This document shows positions 40,944 through 53,457 of a stretch of 64,000 nucleotides of DNA, piece by piece. Source of the stretch: an uncultured Puniceicoccaceae bacterium (lineage in GTDB: Bacteria > Verrucomicrobiota > Verrucomicrobiia > Opitutales > Oceanipulchritudinaceae); contig CAWVVV010000001.1 in NCBI GenBank assembly GCA_963933835.1, forward strand, positions 32,001 through 96,000, in the 5' to 3' direction. Below the pieces are notes generated by a model, which searched no databases, had not been told where the DNA came from, and saw nothing but the letters and a program-made list of their open reading frames with translations. A program made the position numbers and the translations under genes. The number at the start of each line of letters is the position of its first letter. Position 1 is the stretch's first letter.

Positions 40944-41786
40944 CTACAGGCTCAGGCAGTCGAGCAACCTCACTTCATCGCACCAAGCGGCCGCAACCAC
41001 GAGGGTTTTGCCCATGACGATTTCTCGGCGTGGCTCCATCGTTTCCGGATCAACCGCGCTGACGTGGATCACCCGCAATCGGCGGCACTGCGTTATATGG
41101 TGGATCACTTCGGCGAGAACGCGATCGACATTACGGATCCCATTGTCGACGAGCTTTTGCCCCTCGTTCAGTGCTTTGCAGAGGATCACTGCATCGCACC
41201 GCTGGAAGTCGTTGAGGTAGCTATTTCGGGCTCCTAAAGCTAGGCCATCGTCAGCGCGAACCACTGGCCCCGCTTCGACATCGACCGGGAAATTCAGATC
41301 TGTGATGAGCTTACGGATGACCGCTACAAGCTGCGCATCCCGCTGCCCCATTACGAGCGTATCGGGGCGAATAACATTGAAGAACTTCACATAGGACGTG
41401 CAGGCCCCCCGAAAATAACTAGGCCGCGAAACGCCACAGAGGCCCTTAGAGTATTTTTCTTCCGCGATCTTAGACGAGTAGCCCGCTGGATACATTTCCT
41501 TCGAAGTTGGGATGAAAACGATGTCCACTCCGGCCGCCTCGCAAAGCTCGAGGTCTTTTTCACGTGACCGCGGGTAGCGGTCGTAATCCTCATTGGGACC
41601 GAACTCCAGCGGGTTCACAAAAATCGACACCACGACCGTGTCTGCCTGTTCCTGTGCTTTCTTAACCAAACTCAAGTGACCGTCGTGAATTGCGCCGCTC
41701 GTCACGACCAGCGCAATCAGGCGACCTTGGGTGCGTTGCTGCACCGCTGTTTCCTGCATCCGGTTTACCGTTTCAATAATCTGCAT
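40944..41786 (-). CDS. Divergent pantoate--beta-alanine ligase (PanC) homologue
   Basis: PanC layout (HDGH, VVSIFVNP, EDYDRYPR, RADDGLA, RLLD) with several substituted active-site residues. Confidence 0.85.
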   Translation of the reverse strand: MQIIETVNRMQETAVQQRTQGRLIALVVTSGAIHDGHLSLVKKAQEQADTVVVSIFVNPLEFGPNEDYDRYPRSREKDLELCEAAGVDIVFIPTSKEMYPAGYSSKIAEEKYSKGLCGVSRPSYFRGACTSYVKFFNVIRPDTLVMGQRDAQLVAVIRKLITDLNFPVDVEAGPVVRADDGLALGARNSYLNDFQRCDAVILCKALNEGQKLVDNGIRNVDRVLAEVIHHITQCRRLRVIHVSAVDPETMEPRREIVMGKTLVVAAAWCDEVRLLDCLSL

Positions 41787-41888
41787 TTTTCAGGTTTCCT
41801 AGGTTGCACTTTGTCGGGGTAAAATTTCCCTTTCCCCTTGCCACTAAAGGCCCTTTGCCTTTCTGCACAAGACTTACTCAACACCAAT

Positions 41889-43109
41889 ATGGCCCGCGCA
41901 AACCCACACTTCCTCAATCTTAAGAGTTCATACCTCTTCGTCGACATTGCCCAACGAGTGGCTGCCTACCAAAAGGCGCACCCCGAACGCTCCATCATCA
42001 AGATGGGAATTGGCGATGTCACAGAGCCCCTCCCCGCCGCCTGCCGCGAGGCAATGAAGGCCGCCATTGATGAGCTCGGCAGCAAGGCAACCTTCCGTGG
42101 TTACGGGCCCTCTGAAGGCTATGGCTTTCTCCGCGACGCCATCGTCGAAAACGACTTTGCCAACTGCGGTATCAGCTCCGACGAAATCTTTGTCAGCGAC
42201 GGCTCAAAGCAGGACAGCGCCAACATTGGTGAGATCTTCGATGCCTCGGCAACGGTAGCCGTGACGGATCCGGTGTACCCAGTTTATGTCGACAGTAATG
42301 TCATGGCAGGCCGCAGCGGAGATGCCGAAGGCGACCGTTACAGCAACTTCGTCTACCTCGACTCGACGCCCGAGAACGGCTACCTGCCGGCGCTTCCAAG
42401 CGAACCCGTCGACATCATTTACCTTTGCTTCCCGAACAATCCCACCGGTACCGTTATCTCCCGTGAAAAGCTCACGGAGTGGGTCAACTACGCCCGCCGT
42501 GAAAAGGCTGTGATCATCTATGACGCAGCCTACGTCGCCTTCGTCAGCGACCCTGAGATCCCTCGTTCGATCTACGAAATCGAAGGCGCCCACGAGTGTG
42601 CCATCGAGATGCGTAGCTTCTCAAAGATCGCTGGCTTCACCGGTGTGCGTTGTGCCTACACGGTCATCCCGAAGGCCCTCAAGCTCGCTGATGCTGAAGG
42701 CAACGAGATCAGTGCTCACCAACTCTGGAACCGTCGCCACGGCACGAAGTTCAACGGCACCTCCTACCCTGTTCAAGCCGCTGCTGCCGCCGTCTATTCA
42801 CCCGAAGGCCAAGCCCAGGTGAAAGAGCTCGTCTCTTTCTACATGGAGAATGCTCGCCTCCTACGCGAAGCGGTCACCGCACTCGGCCTCAGCTGCGTCG
42901 GCGGTGAAAACGCACCGTATGTCTGGATACAAGTCCCGGGCAAATCCTCATGGGACTTCTTCGACAACCTGCTTAATAACGCAGGCATCGTCTGCACCCC
43001 AGGCGCCGGTTTCGGCACCTGCGGCGAAGGTCACATCCGCCTCAGCGCTTTCAACTCGCGCGAAAACGTCATCGAAGCCGTCGAGCGGTTGAAGACGGTT
43101 GAGCTCTAG
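41889..43109 (+). CDS. dapL: LL-diaminopimelate aminotransferase
   Basis: [38 protein letters not shown]. Confidence 0.93.
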   Translation: MARANPHFLNLKSSYLFVDIAQRVAAYQKAHPERSIIKMGIGDVTEPLPAACREAMKAAIDELGSKATFRGYGPSEGYGFLRDAIVENDFANCGISSDEIFVSDGSKQDSANIGEIFDASATVAVTDPVYPVYVDSNVMAGRSGDAEGDRYSNFVYLDSTPENGYLPALPSEPVDIIYLCFPNNPTGTVISREKLTEWVNYARREKAVIIYDAAYVAFVSDPEIPRSIYEIEGAHECAIEMRSFSKIAGFTGVRCAYTVIPKALKLADAEGNEISAHQLWNRRHGTKFNGTSYPVQAAAAAVYSPEGQAQVKELVSFYMENARLLREAVTALGLSCVGGENAPYVWIQVPGKSSWDFFDNLLNNAGIVCTPGAGFGTCGEGHIRLSAFNSRENVIEAVERLKTVEL

Positions 43110-43135
43110 ACCGAACCGCAACCCTTCTGCGAACC

Positions 43136-43465
43136 ATGTCCATTCCTACCGAACTGCCTAACGTCACCGCTGTCACCAAAGGTAATATCTACTTCGATGG
43201 TGGTGTCGTCTCACACGCACTCATCCTAGCCGATGGAAGCCGCAAGACGCTTGGTATCATCCGTGCCGGAGCATACCAATTCGACACTGATGCTCCCGAG
43301 CGGATGGAAATCACCGAGGGCACCTGCCGCTATCGCTTGGTGGGCACCGAAAAATGGTCAACCGTAAGCGCTGGAGACAGCTTCGACATCCCCGGCCAGA
43401 GCGCCTTCGAAATCACCGTCGAGCAAGGCTTCGCTCAATACATCTGCAGCTTTCTAAAAGCGTAG
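43136..43465 (+). CDS. ppnP: Pyrimidine/purine nucleoside phosphorylase (DUF1255)
   Basis: GNIYFDGGVVSH, KTLGII, FDTDAPERMEI, YICSF. Confidence 0.9.
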   Translation: MSIPTELPNVTAVTKGNIYFDGGVVSHALILADGSRKTLGIIRAGAYQFDTDAPERMEITEGTCRYRLVGTEKWSTVSAGDSFDIPGQSAFEITVEQGFAQYICSFLKA

Positions 43466-43493
43466 GTCTCCCTCACCTCGAAGACGCACCTCG

Positions 43494-44956
43494 CTAGTCG
43501 ACGAGGTAGCCCCAAGAGCCGTTGGCCTGGACGTTTGCCTCTGGCAGATACATCCAGCTATCAATCGAGAAGATCCAGATCCACGATCCGGCTCCCACGT
43601 AGACCGAGCCGAGAAAACTTCCGGTGTCAGCAAAGCCGTTTTCATCCACAGGATAGCCCGCCCAATTCGGAGCGAGGTTGACCCCGGTGAGTTCGAGCCA
43701 GTTGAGATTGAGGTCATCATCGCCGGGGACATTCAAAGTCACCCGTAGAGTCACTTCTCCAGCAGGTAAAGTGATCTCCCAAGATTAACCGTTGCCCAAT
43801 TTTGCCAATCTCCAGTGGCGGTGAATCCGCTCGCACTGAGATCAACTCCACTATCCGTGGTCAATGTAACGCCGGCAGTGCCATTCGGACTAGCGTAGCG
43901 CAGATCAACAGCGTAAGTGCCCGCTTGAGCCACATTCAAAATGTATTCACCCCAGTCCCCATCAGTCAGAAAGCCGAGGTTCAGACCACCGCCTACATCC
44001 ATCGCGACTTCTGTTCGCAGACCAAGTTGATCGGTATAGTCCTCCAGCTCGAGGCGGCCTGGCACGTCGATAATCTTCGGCGGAATGACAATTCCACCCT
44101 CCGTTTCATAAACGCGGACATAGTCGACGTTCATTTGTAGTGGGAATGTAAGACGTGAAGAAACGGCTCCACCAAAGTTACCACCCACAGCAACATTCAA
44201 CAGAATGAAATGCTCATGATCGAAGACCCATTGATTCGGCGAGACGTCGGCAGGGGTTGCCGTGTGGTAGAGCACGTCATCCACATACCAGAGGATCAGA
44301 TCCGGACCCCACTCTATCCAATAGGTGTGATACTCATCGGATACTGGCGCACCAAAGTTCACGATATTTCCGAAAGCCTCTCCGCCTGAATAGCCCGGAC
44401 CGTGAATCGTTCCAAAGATCTCATTAGGCACGCGTCCTACAAATTCCATGATATCGATTTCGCCACTCTGTGGCCAACCGACAGAAGGAATATCCGAACC
44501 TAGCATCCAAAATGCCGGCCAAATTCCACTCCCTGCAGGCACCTTGATCCGCGCTTCAATCCGCCCATAAGTCCAGTCCCACTTCCCCTGCGTTTTCATG
44601 CGCGACGAGGTATAATCGTAGCCGTTAAAAGGCTCTTTGTGGACCTCGATGACGAGCTCGCCCTCTTCGATTCGGACATTCTCGGTGCGGTCGGTGTAAT
44701 ACTGTAGCTCCGCATTGCCCCAGCCGCAAAGGTTAGGACAGCCATCACCAATCTCGAAATTCCAGTTTACAGGATCCGGCGAACTCCCATTCGGAAGATC
44801 AAACTCATCCGCCCAGACTAAATCCCAACCGTCCGGGTCTTGAGCTGCCAATGGAGCCGAAAAATACAGTGAAGCGGCAAGCGCCAGGCCTAGCATCCGC
44901 TTATGCTCGAAGATAGGTTTCGAGGGGGCGATTTTGGGTAACATGGTAAATAACAT
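43494..44956 (-). pseudogene. Secreted GH16 beta-1,3-glucanase (laminarinase-like) with CBM6 and a C-terminal module; frameshift at 43778-43780
   Basis: WADEFD, GWGNAELQYY, WPAFWMLG, WPQSGEIDIME; CBM6-like ELEDY...DGDWGEY...TGDWQNW; one extra base restores LGEITLPAGEVTLRV into ORF 43494-43754. Confidence 0.85.
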
Positions 44957-45088
44957 AATTATGCATAATTAATCCGCAAGTCAGATCGTAAAAAAGAATT
45001 CTTCGGAGAATTAGACGCTCTCCGCCGGCCCGCGCATCAGAGTGATTGACCCTCACGGTTTGAGCGCACTCCTTCTTCAGCTTCCCGT

Positions 45089-47455
45089 ATGAAAGTCGTC
45101 ATAGCTGAAAAACCATCCGTCGCGCGCGACATCGCGAAACATTTGGGTGCTACTAAGCGAGGGAACGGCTACATCGAGGGTGAGGGTTGGGCCATCACCT
45201 GGGCCTTTGGTCACCTCATCGAGCTGCAAGAGCCAGAGGACTATACCCCCGATTGGAAGCCTTGGCGGCTTTCCCAACTGCCCATCATTCCTGAGAAATT
45301 CGAACTGCGGCCGCGCGCCGACGGCTCCGCTGGCGAACAGCTCGCAACGATCAAGCGTCTCTTTGAAGAGGCTGACGAAATCATCTGCGCAACGGATGCG
45401 GGGCGCGAAGGTGAATTGATTTTTCGTTACATCCTCAACTGGACCGGCTGCGAAGATAAACCTGCCCAACGCCTCTGGATCAGCTCCCTGACCGATGAAG
45501 CGATCGCTAAAGGCTTCGCCAAGCTCAAACCCGCCAAGGACTACGACAATTTCTATCATGCCGCTCGCTGCCGGAGCGAAGCCGACTGGATCGTCGGGCT
45601 CAACGCCACCCGCTTTTTCACCGTCGAATATGGCCAGCGCAATTTGCTTCTAAGCCTCGGTCGCGTGCAGACGCCGATCCTTGCTTTGATCGTAAACCGC
45701 GATGTCGATGTAGAGCACTTTGTCCCAGAGGACTTCTGGGAGGTCGTCACGCAGTGCCGAGAGGCGAAGTTCAAACACACCGGGGGCAAGTTCAGTGTTC
45801 AAGCCGATGCCGAAGCCATCCTCGAGCGGATCGGCAACGAAGAACTCGTCATCACCTCGGTCGCAAAGAAGAACGCCCTCGCTCACCCGCCGCTGCTCTA
45901 CGACCTCACCAGTCTTCAGCGCGACATGAACAAGCGCTATGGGTTCACCGGTGATCAGACGCTCAAGGTCGCCCAAAGCCTCTACGAGCGAAAGCACCTC
46001 ACTTACCCTCGCACCGACAGCTGCTATTTAACGAAAGACATGCAGCCCACCATCGCGCCACTGATTGATAAACTCCGCCCGATGAAGCCGGCGGAAATCG
46101 GTGCGCTTGCGCTCGATCAGCTGAAGTTTTCCAAGCGCATCATCGACGACAAAAAAGTCGCGGATCACCACGCCATCATCCCAACACACATTCTAGGTCA
46201 CAATTTAGCGGGCGACGAAGCCAAGCTCTACGACGCCATCCTCACACGTCTCATCGCCGTCTTTTACCCGTCTGCAAAGCGGGCCGTTACGACGGTCGAA
46301 GCCACTGCGGCGGAAGAACCCTTTCGAGCCAAAGGCACCGTCATTGTCGACCTTGGCTGGGAGGCGCTCTACCAAAACGCTACAAGCTCCGAAGACGATT
46401 CGAAGAACTCGGACAAAGACAAAAAGGGAAAGGAAGAAGAGGACGAATCGAAACAGACTTTGCCCGACTTTTCAGAAGGAGAACGCAACCCGCACACCCC
46501 ATCCCTGACGAGCGGAAAAACCTCCGCCCCGAAACGCTTTAACGAAGCCAGCCTCCTCCAACTGATGGAGACGGCCGGTAAGATCGTAACCGACGAAACG
46601 CTCAAAGAGGCGCTGAAGGACAAAGGCGTCGGAACGCCTGCTACACGCGCATCGATCATCGAAGTTTTGATCAAGCGCCAATACGTTGAGCGCCGCCGTA
46701 AGGCGCTCATCAGCACTGATTCAGGTCGCGCCCTGATCTCCCTCGTGAAAGACGAACGGCTGAAGTCGCCTGAGCTCACCGGTGATTGGGAGTTCCGCCT
46801 CAAACAAATGGAACGGGGTGAATACGATCCGACCACCTTTATGAATGAGGTCGTGGCCTACACCCGCGAAATCCTTCAGGACAAAGCAAAGGATACGATC
46901 GATCTAAAGAACCTTGGGCCGTGCCCAAGCTGCCACTCGCCGATTATGAGAGGCCGCTCAGGATACGGGTGCTCGAAGTGGAAAAGTGGCTGTAGTTTCG
47001 TCCTGCCCGGCGTCATTTGGGAGCTCACGATCACTCCCCTCCTTGCCCGCGAGATCATCATCCATCGCCGCTCCCTCACGCCCCATCGTATCGTCATCGA
47101 TGAAAACACGCACTTCGCCCACCTCGTTATCGACAAGAAGGGAAAAGTCACTCACGAGGTTGCCGAGGTAACGAAGAGCGAAGGGAGTGCCGCCTCGCTC
47201 GGACCCTGCCCTGTCTGCGCCGGTGATGTCGTCGATGGGAAGAAAGCCTATGGTTGCTCGAATTGGCGCAACGGCTGCCGCTTTGTCGTCTGGAAAACGA
47301 TCGCGAAGAAAGATATCACACCCGAGATCGTCGACCAACTCCTGACTAAACAGGTCACCGATCAAATCGAAGGCTTCACCTCAAAGGCAGGCAAACCCTT
47401 CGCTGCGAAACTCAAGGTGATCGGCGGCGAAGTGAAATTTGGCTTCGCAAGCTAG
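45089..47455 (+). CDS. topB: DNA topoisomerase III (type IA) with C-terminal Zn-ribbon repeats
   Basis: IAEKPSVA, ATDAGREGE, GRVQTP, TYPRTD; CPSC and CPVC ribbons; GFTSKAGKPFAA. Confidence 0.95.
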   Translation: MKVVIAEKPSVARDIAKHLGATKRGNGYIEGEGWAITWAFGHLIELQEPEDYTPDWKPWRLSQLPIIPEKFELRPRADGSAGEQLATIKRLFEEADEIICATDAGREGELIFRYILNWTGCEDKPAQRLWISSLTDEAIAKGFAKLKPAKDYDNFYHAARCRSEADWIVGLNATRFFTVEYGQRNLLLSLGRVQTPILALIVNRDVDVEHFVPEDFWEVVTQCREAKFKHTGGKFSVQADAEAILERIGNEELVITSVAKKNALAHPPLLYDLTSLQRDMNKRYGFTGDQTLKVAQSLYERKHLTYPRTDSCYLTKDMQPTIAPLIDKLRPMKPAEIGALALDQLKFSKRIIDDKKVADHHAIIPTHILGHNLAGDEAKLYDAILTRLIAVFYPSAKRAVTTVEATAAEEPFRAKGTVIVDLGWEALYQNATSSEDDSKNSDKDKKGKEEEDESKQTLPDFSEGERNPHTPSLTSGKTSAPKRFNEASLLQLMETAGKIVTDETLKEALKDKGVGTPATRASIIEVLIKRQYVERRRKALISTDSGRALISLVKDERLKSPELTGDWEFRLKQMERGEYDPTTFMNEVVAYTREILQDKAKDTIDLKNLGPCPSCHSPIMRGRSGYGCSKWKSGCSFVLPGVIWELTITPLLAREIIIHRRSLTPHRIVIDENTHFAHLVIDKKGKVTHEVAEVTKSEGSAASLGPCPVCAGDVVDGKKAYGCSNWRNGCRFVVWKTIAKKDITPEIVDQLLTKQVTDQIEGFTSKAGKPFAAKLKVIGGEVKFGFAS

Positions 47456-47471
47456 CGTAGCGGCTTTTCTA

Positions 47472-48296
47472 CTACTGTGTCCAAACGTGTATATTCGTCG
47501 TTACATTGACGGGGAAAGTAACATCAATCGTCACTGTTGCCGGATCATTTGAAACGTTATCGATCTCCGCTTCATATTTGATGGCATCGCCATGATCGGG
47601 AGTGAGAACGACCTGAACAGATACGATCGCATTGAAGTCCCGCGCCTGAACTGTAACTTGCTGATTCGGATCCGTTCCAAAGGGAAGGTTTACAAAGACG
47701 GGTCCCGCGCCTTCAGCGATCGCCGTGCCTGCCGCATCAATGATATCAAGACGCGAAAGCGGTGATGGGAAAACAACCATCATTGAGCCGACGGACGTCG
47801 CGAAGGTTGGATTTGTCGAGATGCTCAAACCGGAACGGTCCAATGTATCGATACGAATACGACCGTCACCAGCACCATCATTACCTCGTGCATAGATACG
47901 GGCACCTGAAGCTTCAACGCGCGGAGCGACAAGGCGAATACCTCCTCCACTACCCCCATTACTCGCTGAAACTGACGTCGAGCCGTTACCGCCATCGGCA
48001 AACAGATCATTGCCTGAACTCCCCAATTTAATGAGAGTGTCTGAGGCGATAAGCAGGGCACCGCCACCAGCGCCACCACCGCCTCCGGGGGTTCCAATCG
48101 TTCCAGCCCCGCCGGAGCCACCCACCATCGGGATGAGGAGCGGACTACCGTAAGTCGAACCCGTTTGGTTGTTAAGGTAGTTTAGGTTCTCCGAATAGTT
48201 GCCCACCCCGACCGCCACGGGATTGTTTGTAAATCCGGCCGGTCCACCTCGACCCGCACCCGGACCATGGCCATCGTGTGGATGGGTGGTAACACT
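47472..48296 (-). pseudogene. 5'-truncated glycine-rich protein remnant
   Basis: Frame open from a TGA at 48297-48299 with no ATG or signal peptide; GHGPGAG...YGSPLLIPMVGGSGG...GGGALLIAS...GGSGGGIRLVA...GDGRIRID. Confidence 0.65.
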
Positions 48297-48318
48297 TCAT
48301 CCGTTAAGAGACTCAGCC

Positions 48319-50577
<2,259 letters not shown>

Positions 50578-50737
50578 TCAACCTTTTGCCGACCTCGGAG
50601 CAAAATCGATGACTTCAGAGGTCTTCAGGCTACCGTCGCACCCATTTACTTGCTCCTCGTCAAGGCACGTCACAGTTTCAACGAAAGGCTCTTCCCGAGC
50701 ACTTTCCATAAAACTCACCTCACTCAATCTGCACCCA

Positions 50738-51403
50738 ATGAAAATTGCTGTCGTCACTGGATCTAGCCGCGGAATCGGCCGAGAAATCGCCGCCGGGCTC
50801 AAAAAAGCCGGGCTCAAAGTCATCGGGACTCAACGCACTCCCAGCGATAACTCCGACAACGACATCGCGCTCGAGCTTTCCAGTCGCGCTTCGATTGAGC
50901 ATGCCGCCGAAAAGATCAGTGGCATGGTCGACCACATCGACATCCTCGTGAACAACGCCGCTGTTTTGCTCGACGACGAAGGCCAAGAGCTCAACGCCGA
51001 CATGTCCGACCTCTTAAGCGAGACCCTTAAAACCAACGTCGTCGGCACACACCTACTCACCGAGCACCTCCTCCCTCTTCTGCGCAAGTCCCCCGATGGC
51101 GCGCGCGTCATCAACTTGAGTAGCCTCGCCGGTCAGCTCACCTCGATGGATGCATTTGCCCCCGCTTACTCGATTTCAAAAACCGCCCTGAACGCTCTCA
51201 CGCGCCAGCAAGCCGCTCACCACCGCGCCGAGGGGATCACTTTTAATTGCATGAGCCCGGGCTGGTGTCGCACCGAAATGGGTGGACCAAGCGCGCCACG
51301 CACGCCTGCCGAAGGAGCTCAAACAGCCCTCTGGCTTGCCCTCAAAGCACCGTCAGAACTCAGCGGCAAATTTTTCGCCGATAATGAAGAGATTCCGTGG
51401 TGA
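50738..51403 (+). CDS. Short-chain dehydrogenase/reductase (carbonyl reductase-like)
   Basis: TGSSRGIG, NNAA, YSISK, PGWCRTEMGG. Confidence 0.92.
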   Translation: MKIAVVTGSSRGIGREIAAGLKKAGLKVIGTQRTPSDNSDNDIALELSSRASIEHAAEKISGMVDHIDILVNNAAVLLDDEGQELNADMSDLLSETLKTNVVGTHLLTEHLLPLLRKSPDGARVINLSSLAGQLTSMDAFAPAYSISKTALNALTRQQAAHHRAEGITFNCMSPGWCRTEMGGPSAPRTPAEGAQTALWLALKAPSELSGKFFADNEEIPW

Positions 51404-51434
51404 GCTTCCTCTTTTGAAGACGCTTTTGAGGCGT

Positions 51435-51914
51435 CTACTCCTCGAGGATAAAAAACAGTCGACCAGCGAAGTGTTCACGAAGCCGACCGGTAGTGAGGTC
51501 ACCGTCATCAATTTTCGCATCCAGTTTGAGAAGCGTATTTCTCGATGCCGTATACCCAGTAATTGAGACAGATGCAGTGATACCAAACACACCTTGGTCC
51601 CAATCATAAACACCGCCGATCGCTGTCCCTGCTTGCCAGGTCACATCGGCAAAAAAGCCAGACATACCCGCTGGGATCGAATTCGGCGTTCCATCCACCG
51701 GCCATTGACCGATCTCAAGCGCATAGCGCTCGAACGCTTCGGAAAAGATGCGTAGATCATTCGCCGCCGTTGAGACTTTCGATTCTTCCTGAACCTTAAT
51801 ATATGATTGCGAGGCCAACGCCGCCAGTAATCCAATGATCACGACGACGATCATGATCTCTACGAGTGTAAAGGCAGATCGGCGATTCGAAGAAGATGTA
51901 TTTGAAGGGCTCAT
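51435..51914 (-). CDS. Type IV pilin/pseudopilin with a prepilin N-methylation motif
   Basis: RRSA|FTLVEIMIVVVIIGLLAALA class III signal; LDAKIDDG. Confidence 0.9.
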   Translation of the reverse strand: MSPSNTSSSNRRSAFTLVEIMIVVVIIGLLAALASQSYIKVQEESKVSTAANDLRIFSEAFERYALEIGQWPVDGTPNSIPAGMSGFFADVTWQAGTAIGGVYDWDQGVFGITASVSITGYTASRNTLLKLDAKIDDGDLTTGRLREHFAGRLFFILEE

Positions 51915-52039
51915 AATATTACATTGTTATGCCAATATATCGGGTCCAAACAGGCACACCTTAGAGGGGTTCTCCTCATTCACAGGTTTTTAACAACTAT
52001 TGAGCCCCTAGGCTCCTCCTCTACCCCCGCGAATTTAGA

Positions 52040-53344
52040 CTAGAAGTCCTGCAAATCGCCTTCGCTTCTAGAGACCTTGGAGGTCATGGCATCGAGCACC
52101 TCACCGATTAAGTAGATCGACCCCGTCACGACAACGGTGTCGCCCACCTCGCCGAGAGTCATCGTCTGAGGCGCTGGAAAGAGCGTGTTCACCTCAGCTC
52201 GCTGGACCACGCCCGCAAAGCTCGCTGGCACCATCGCTTCCATCGCCTCAAAGGTGCATGCGCGTGGTTGCTTCGGACGCACGAGGTGAAGCTCCCGTGC
52301 ATACGGTGCTACGCAGTTGATCAGGCTCTGCGCCCGTTCATCGCCCATTGCTCCGAGCGCCACGATCGGGCGTTGCCCCGTCTCATCGACTAGGCGCTGC
52401 AACTGCTGGGCTAGGAATCGTGTCCCCTCTTCGTTGTGCGTCGTGTCGAGGATGAGCTGACGTCCGGAGATCTCGCGTTGATCCCAACGCCCTGCCCAGA
52501 CGACCGAACGCAAACCCTCTTCGATCGCAGCTTCCGACAAACGACTAAAGCTCTCCTGTAAACGCTCCGCCACAAGGGTCGCGATGCCAGCGTTCAAGCG
52601 CTGAAAGTCACCCGAGAGCGCGCTCTGCGGGTAGGCCTCTATGGCCTCGCCGAAGCGCTCCTTAATCGAGAACACCTCACACCCGAGCTCCACTGCGCGC
52701 CCCCGCACCACCGCCTCTGCCTCGGATGGAAGCCAACCCATCACGACCGGCACCCCTGCTTTGAGGATACCAGCCTTCTCCGCCGCGATCTCTTCAAGCG
52801 TGTCGCCGAGTAGCTCCATGTGGTCGAGCCCGATCGAGGTGATGATGGTCAGCGCCGGTTCCACCACATTCGTCGCGTCGAGCCGACCGCCCAGCCCAGT
52901 TTCAATCAGCGCCACGTCGACATCCTCGAAAGCAAAATGGTCAAACGCCATCGCGGTCATAAATTCAAAAAAGCTCGGATGCAGGTCCGGGTCCTCCACC
53001 GCCAGCTTGTCAGCCACTTCAGCAAGGCCGTTGGCCATCTTCACAATCTCAGAATGGGGCAAAATCTCGCGATCCACCTGCACCCGCTCCCCTTGGTAAA
53101 TCAGATGGGGAGAGGTGAACATCCCCGTGCGGTACCCTGCGGAGCGAAAAATCGATTCCAACATCGCGACGGTCGAACCCTTCCCGTTCGTCCCCGCCAC
53201 ATGCACCACTGGGTAGCGCTGCTCGGGATAGCCCAGCTTCTCAACGAGCGCCCGCATTCGATCGATCCCATACTTCGCCCCATGGCTGCGAAGCCCGTAA
53301 AGATACGTTCTGACTTCCTCGAAATTTTCAAACCTGCGCTCCAT
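52040..53344 (-). CDS. folC: Folylpolyglutamate synthase / dihydrofolate synthase
   Basis: HVAGTNGKGST, FTSPHL, ETGLGGRLDATN, TGSIYL. Confidence 0.95.
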   Translation of the reverse strand: MERRFENFEEVRTYLYGLRSHGAKYGIDRMRALVEKLGYPEQRYPVVHVAGTNGKGSTVAMLESIFRSAGYRTGMFTSPHLIYQGERVQVDREILPHSEIVKMANGLAEVADKLAVEDPDLHPSFFEFMTAMAFDHFAFEDVDVALIETGLGGRLDATNVVEPALTIITSIGLDHMELLGDTLEEIAAEKAGILKAGVPVVMGWLPSEAEAVVRGRAVELGCEVFSIKERFGEAIEAYPQSALSGDFQRLNAGIATLVAERLQESFSRLSEAAIEEGLRSVVWAGRWDQREISGRQLILDTTHNEEGTRFLAQQLQRLVDETGQRPIVALGAMGDERAQSLINCVAPYARELHLVRPKQPRACTFEAMEAMVPASFAGVVQRAEVNTLFPAPQTMTLGEVGDTVVVTGSIYLIGEVLDAMTSKVSRSEGDLQDF

Positions 53345-53457
53345 CGCCCCGAGGATCGCGACCCAGCCGAAGTGCTGGCAAGCGGTATGTGACAAAAAGA
53401 TGACCAATCTTCACTCACCGCATTGACGCCCCTGCCGCCGCCTCCATCTTCTGGGGC

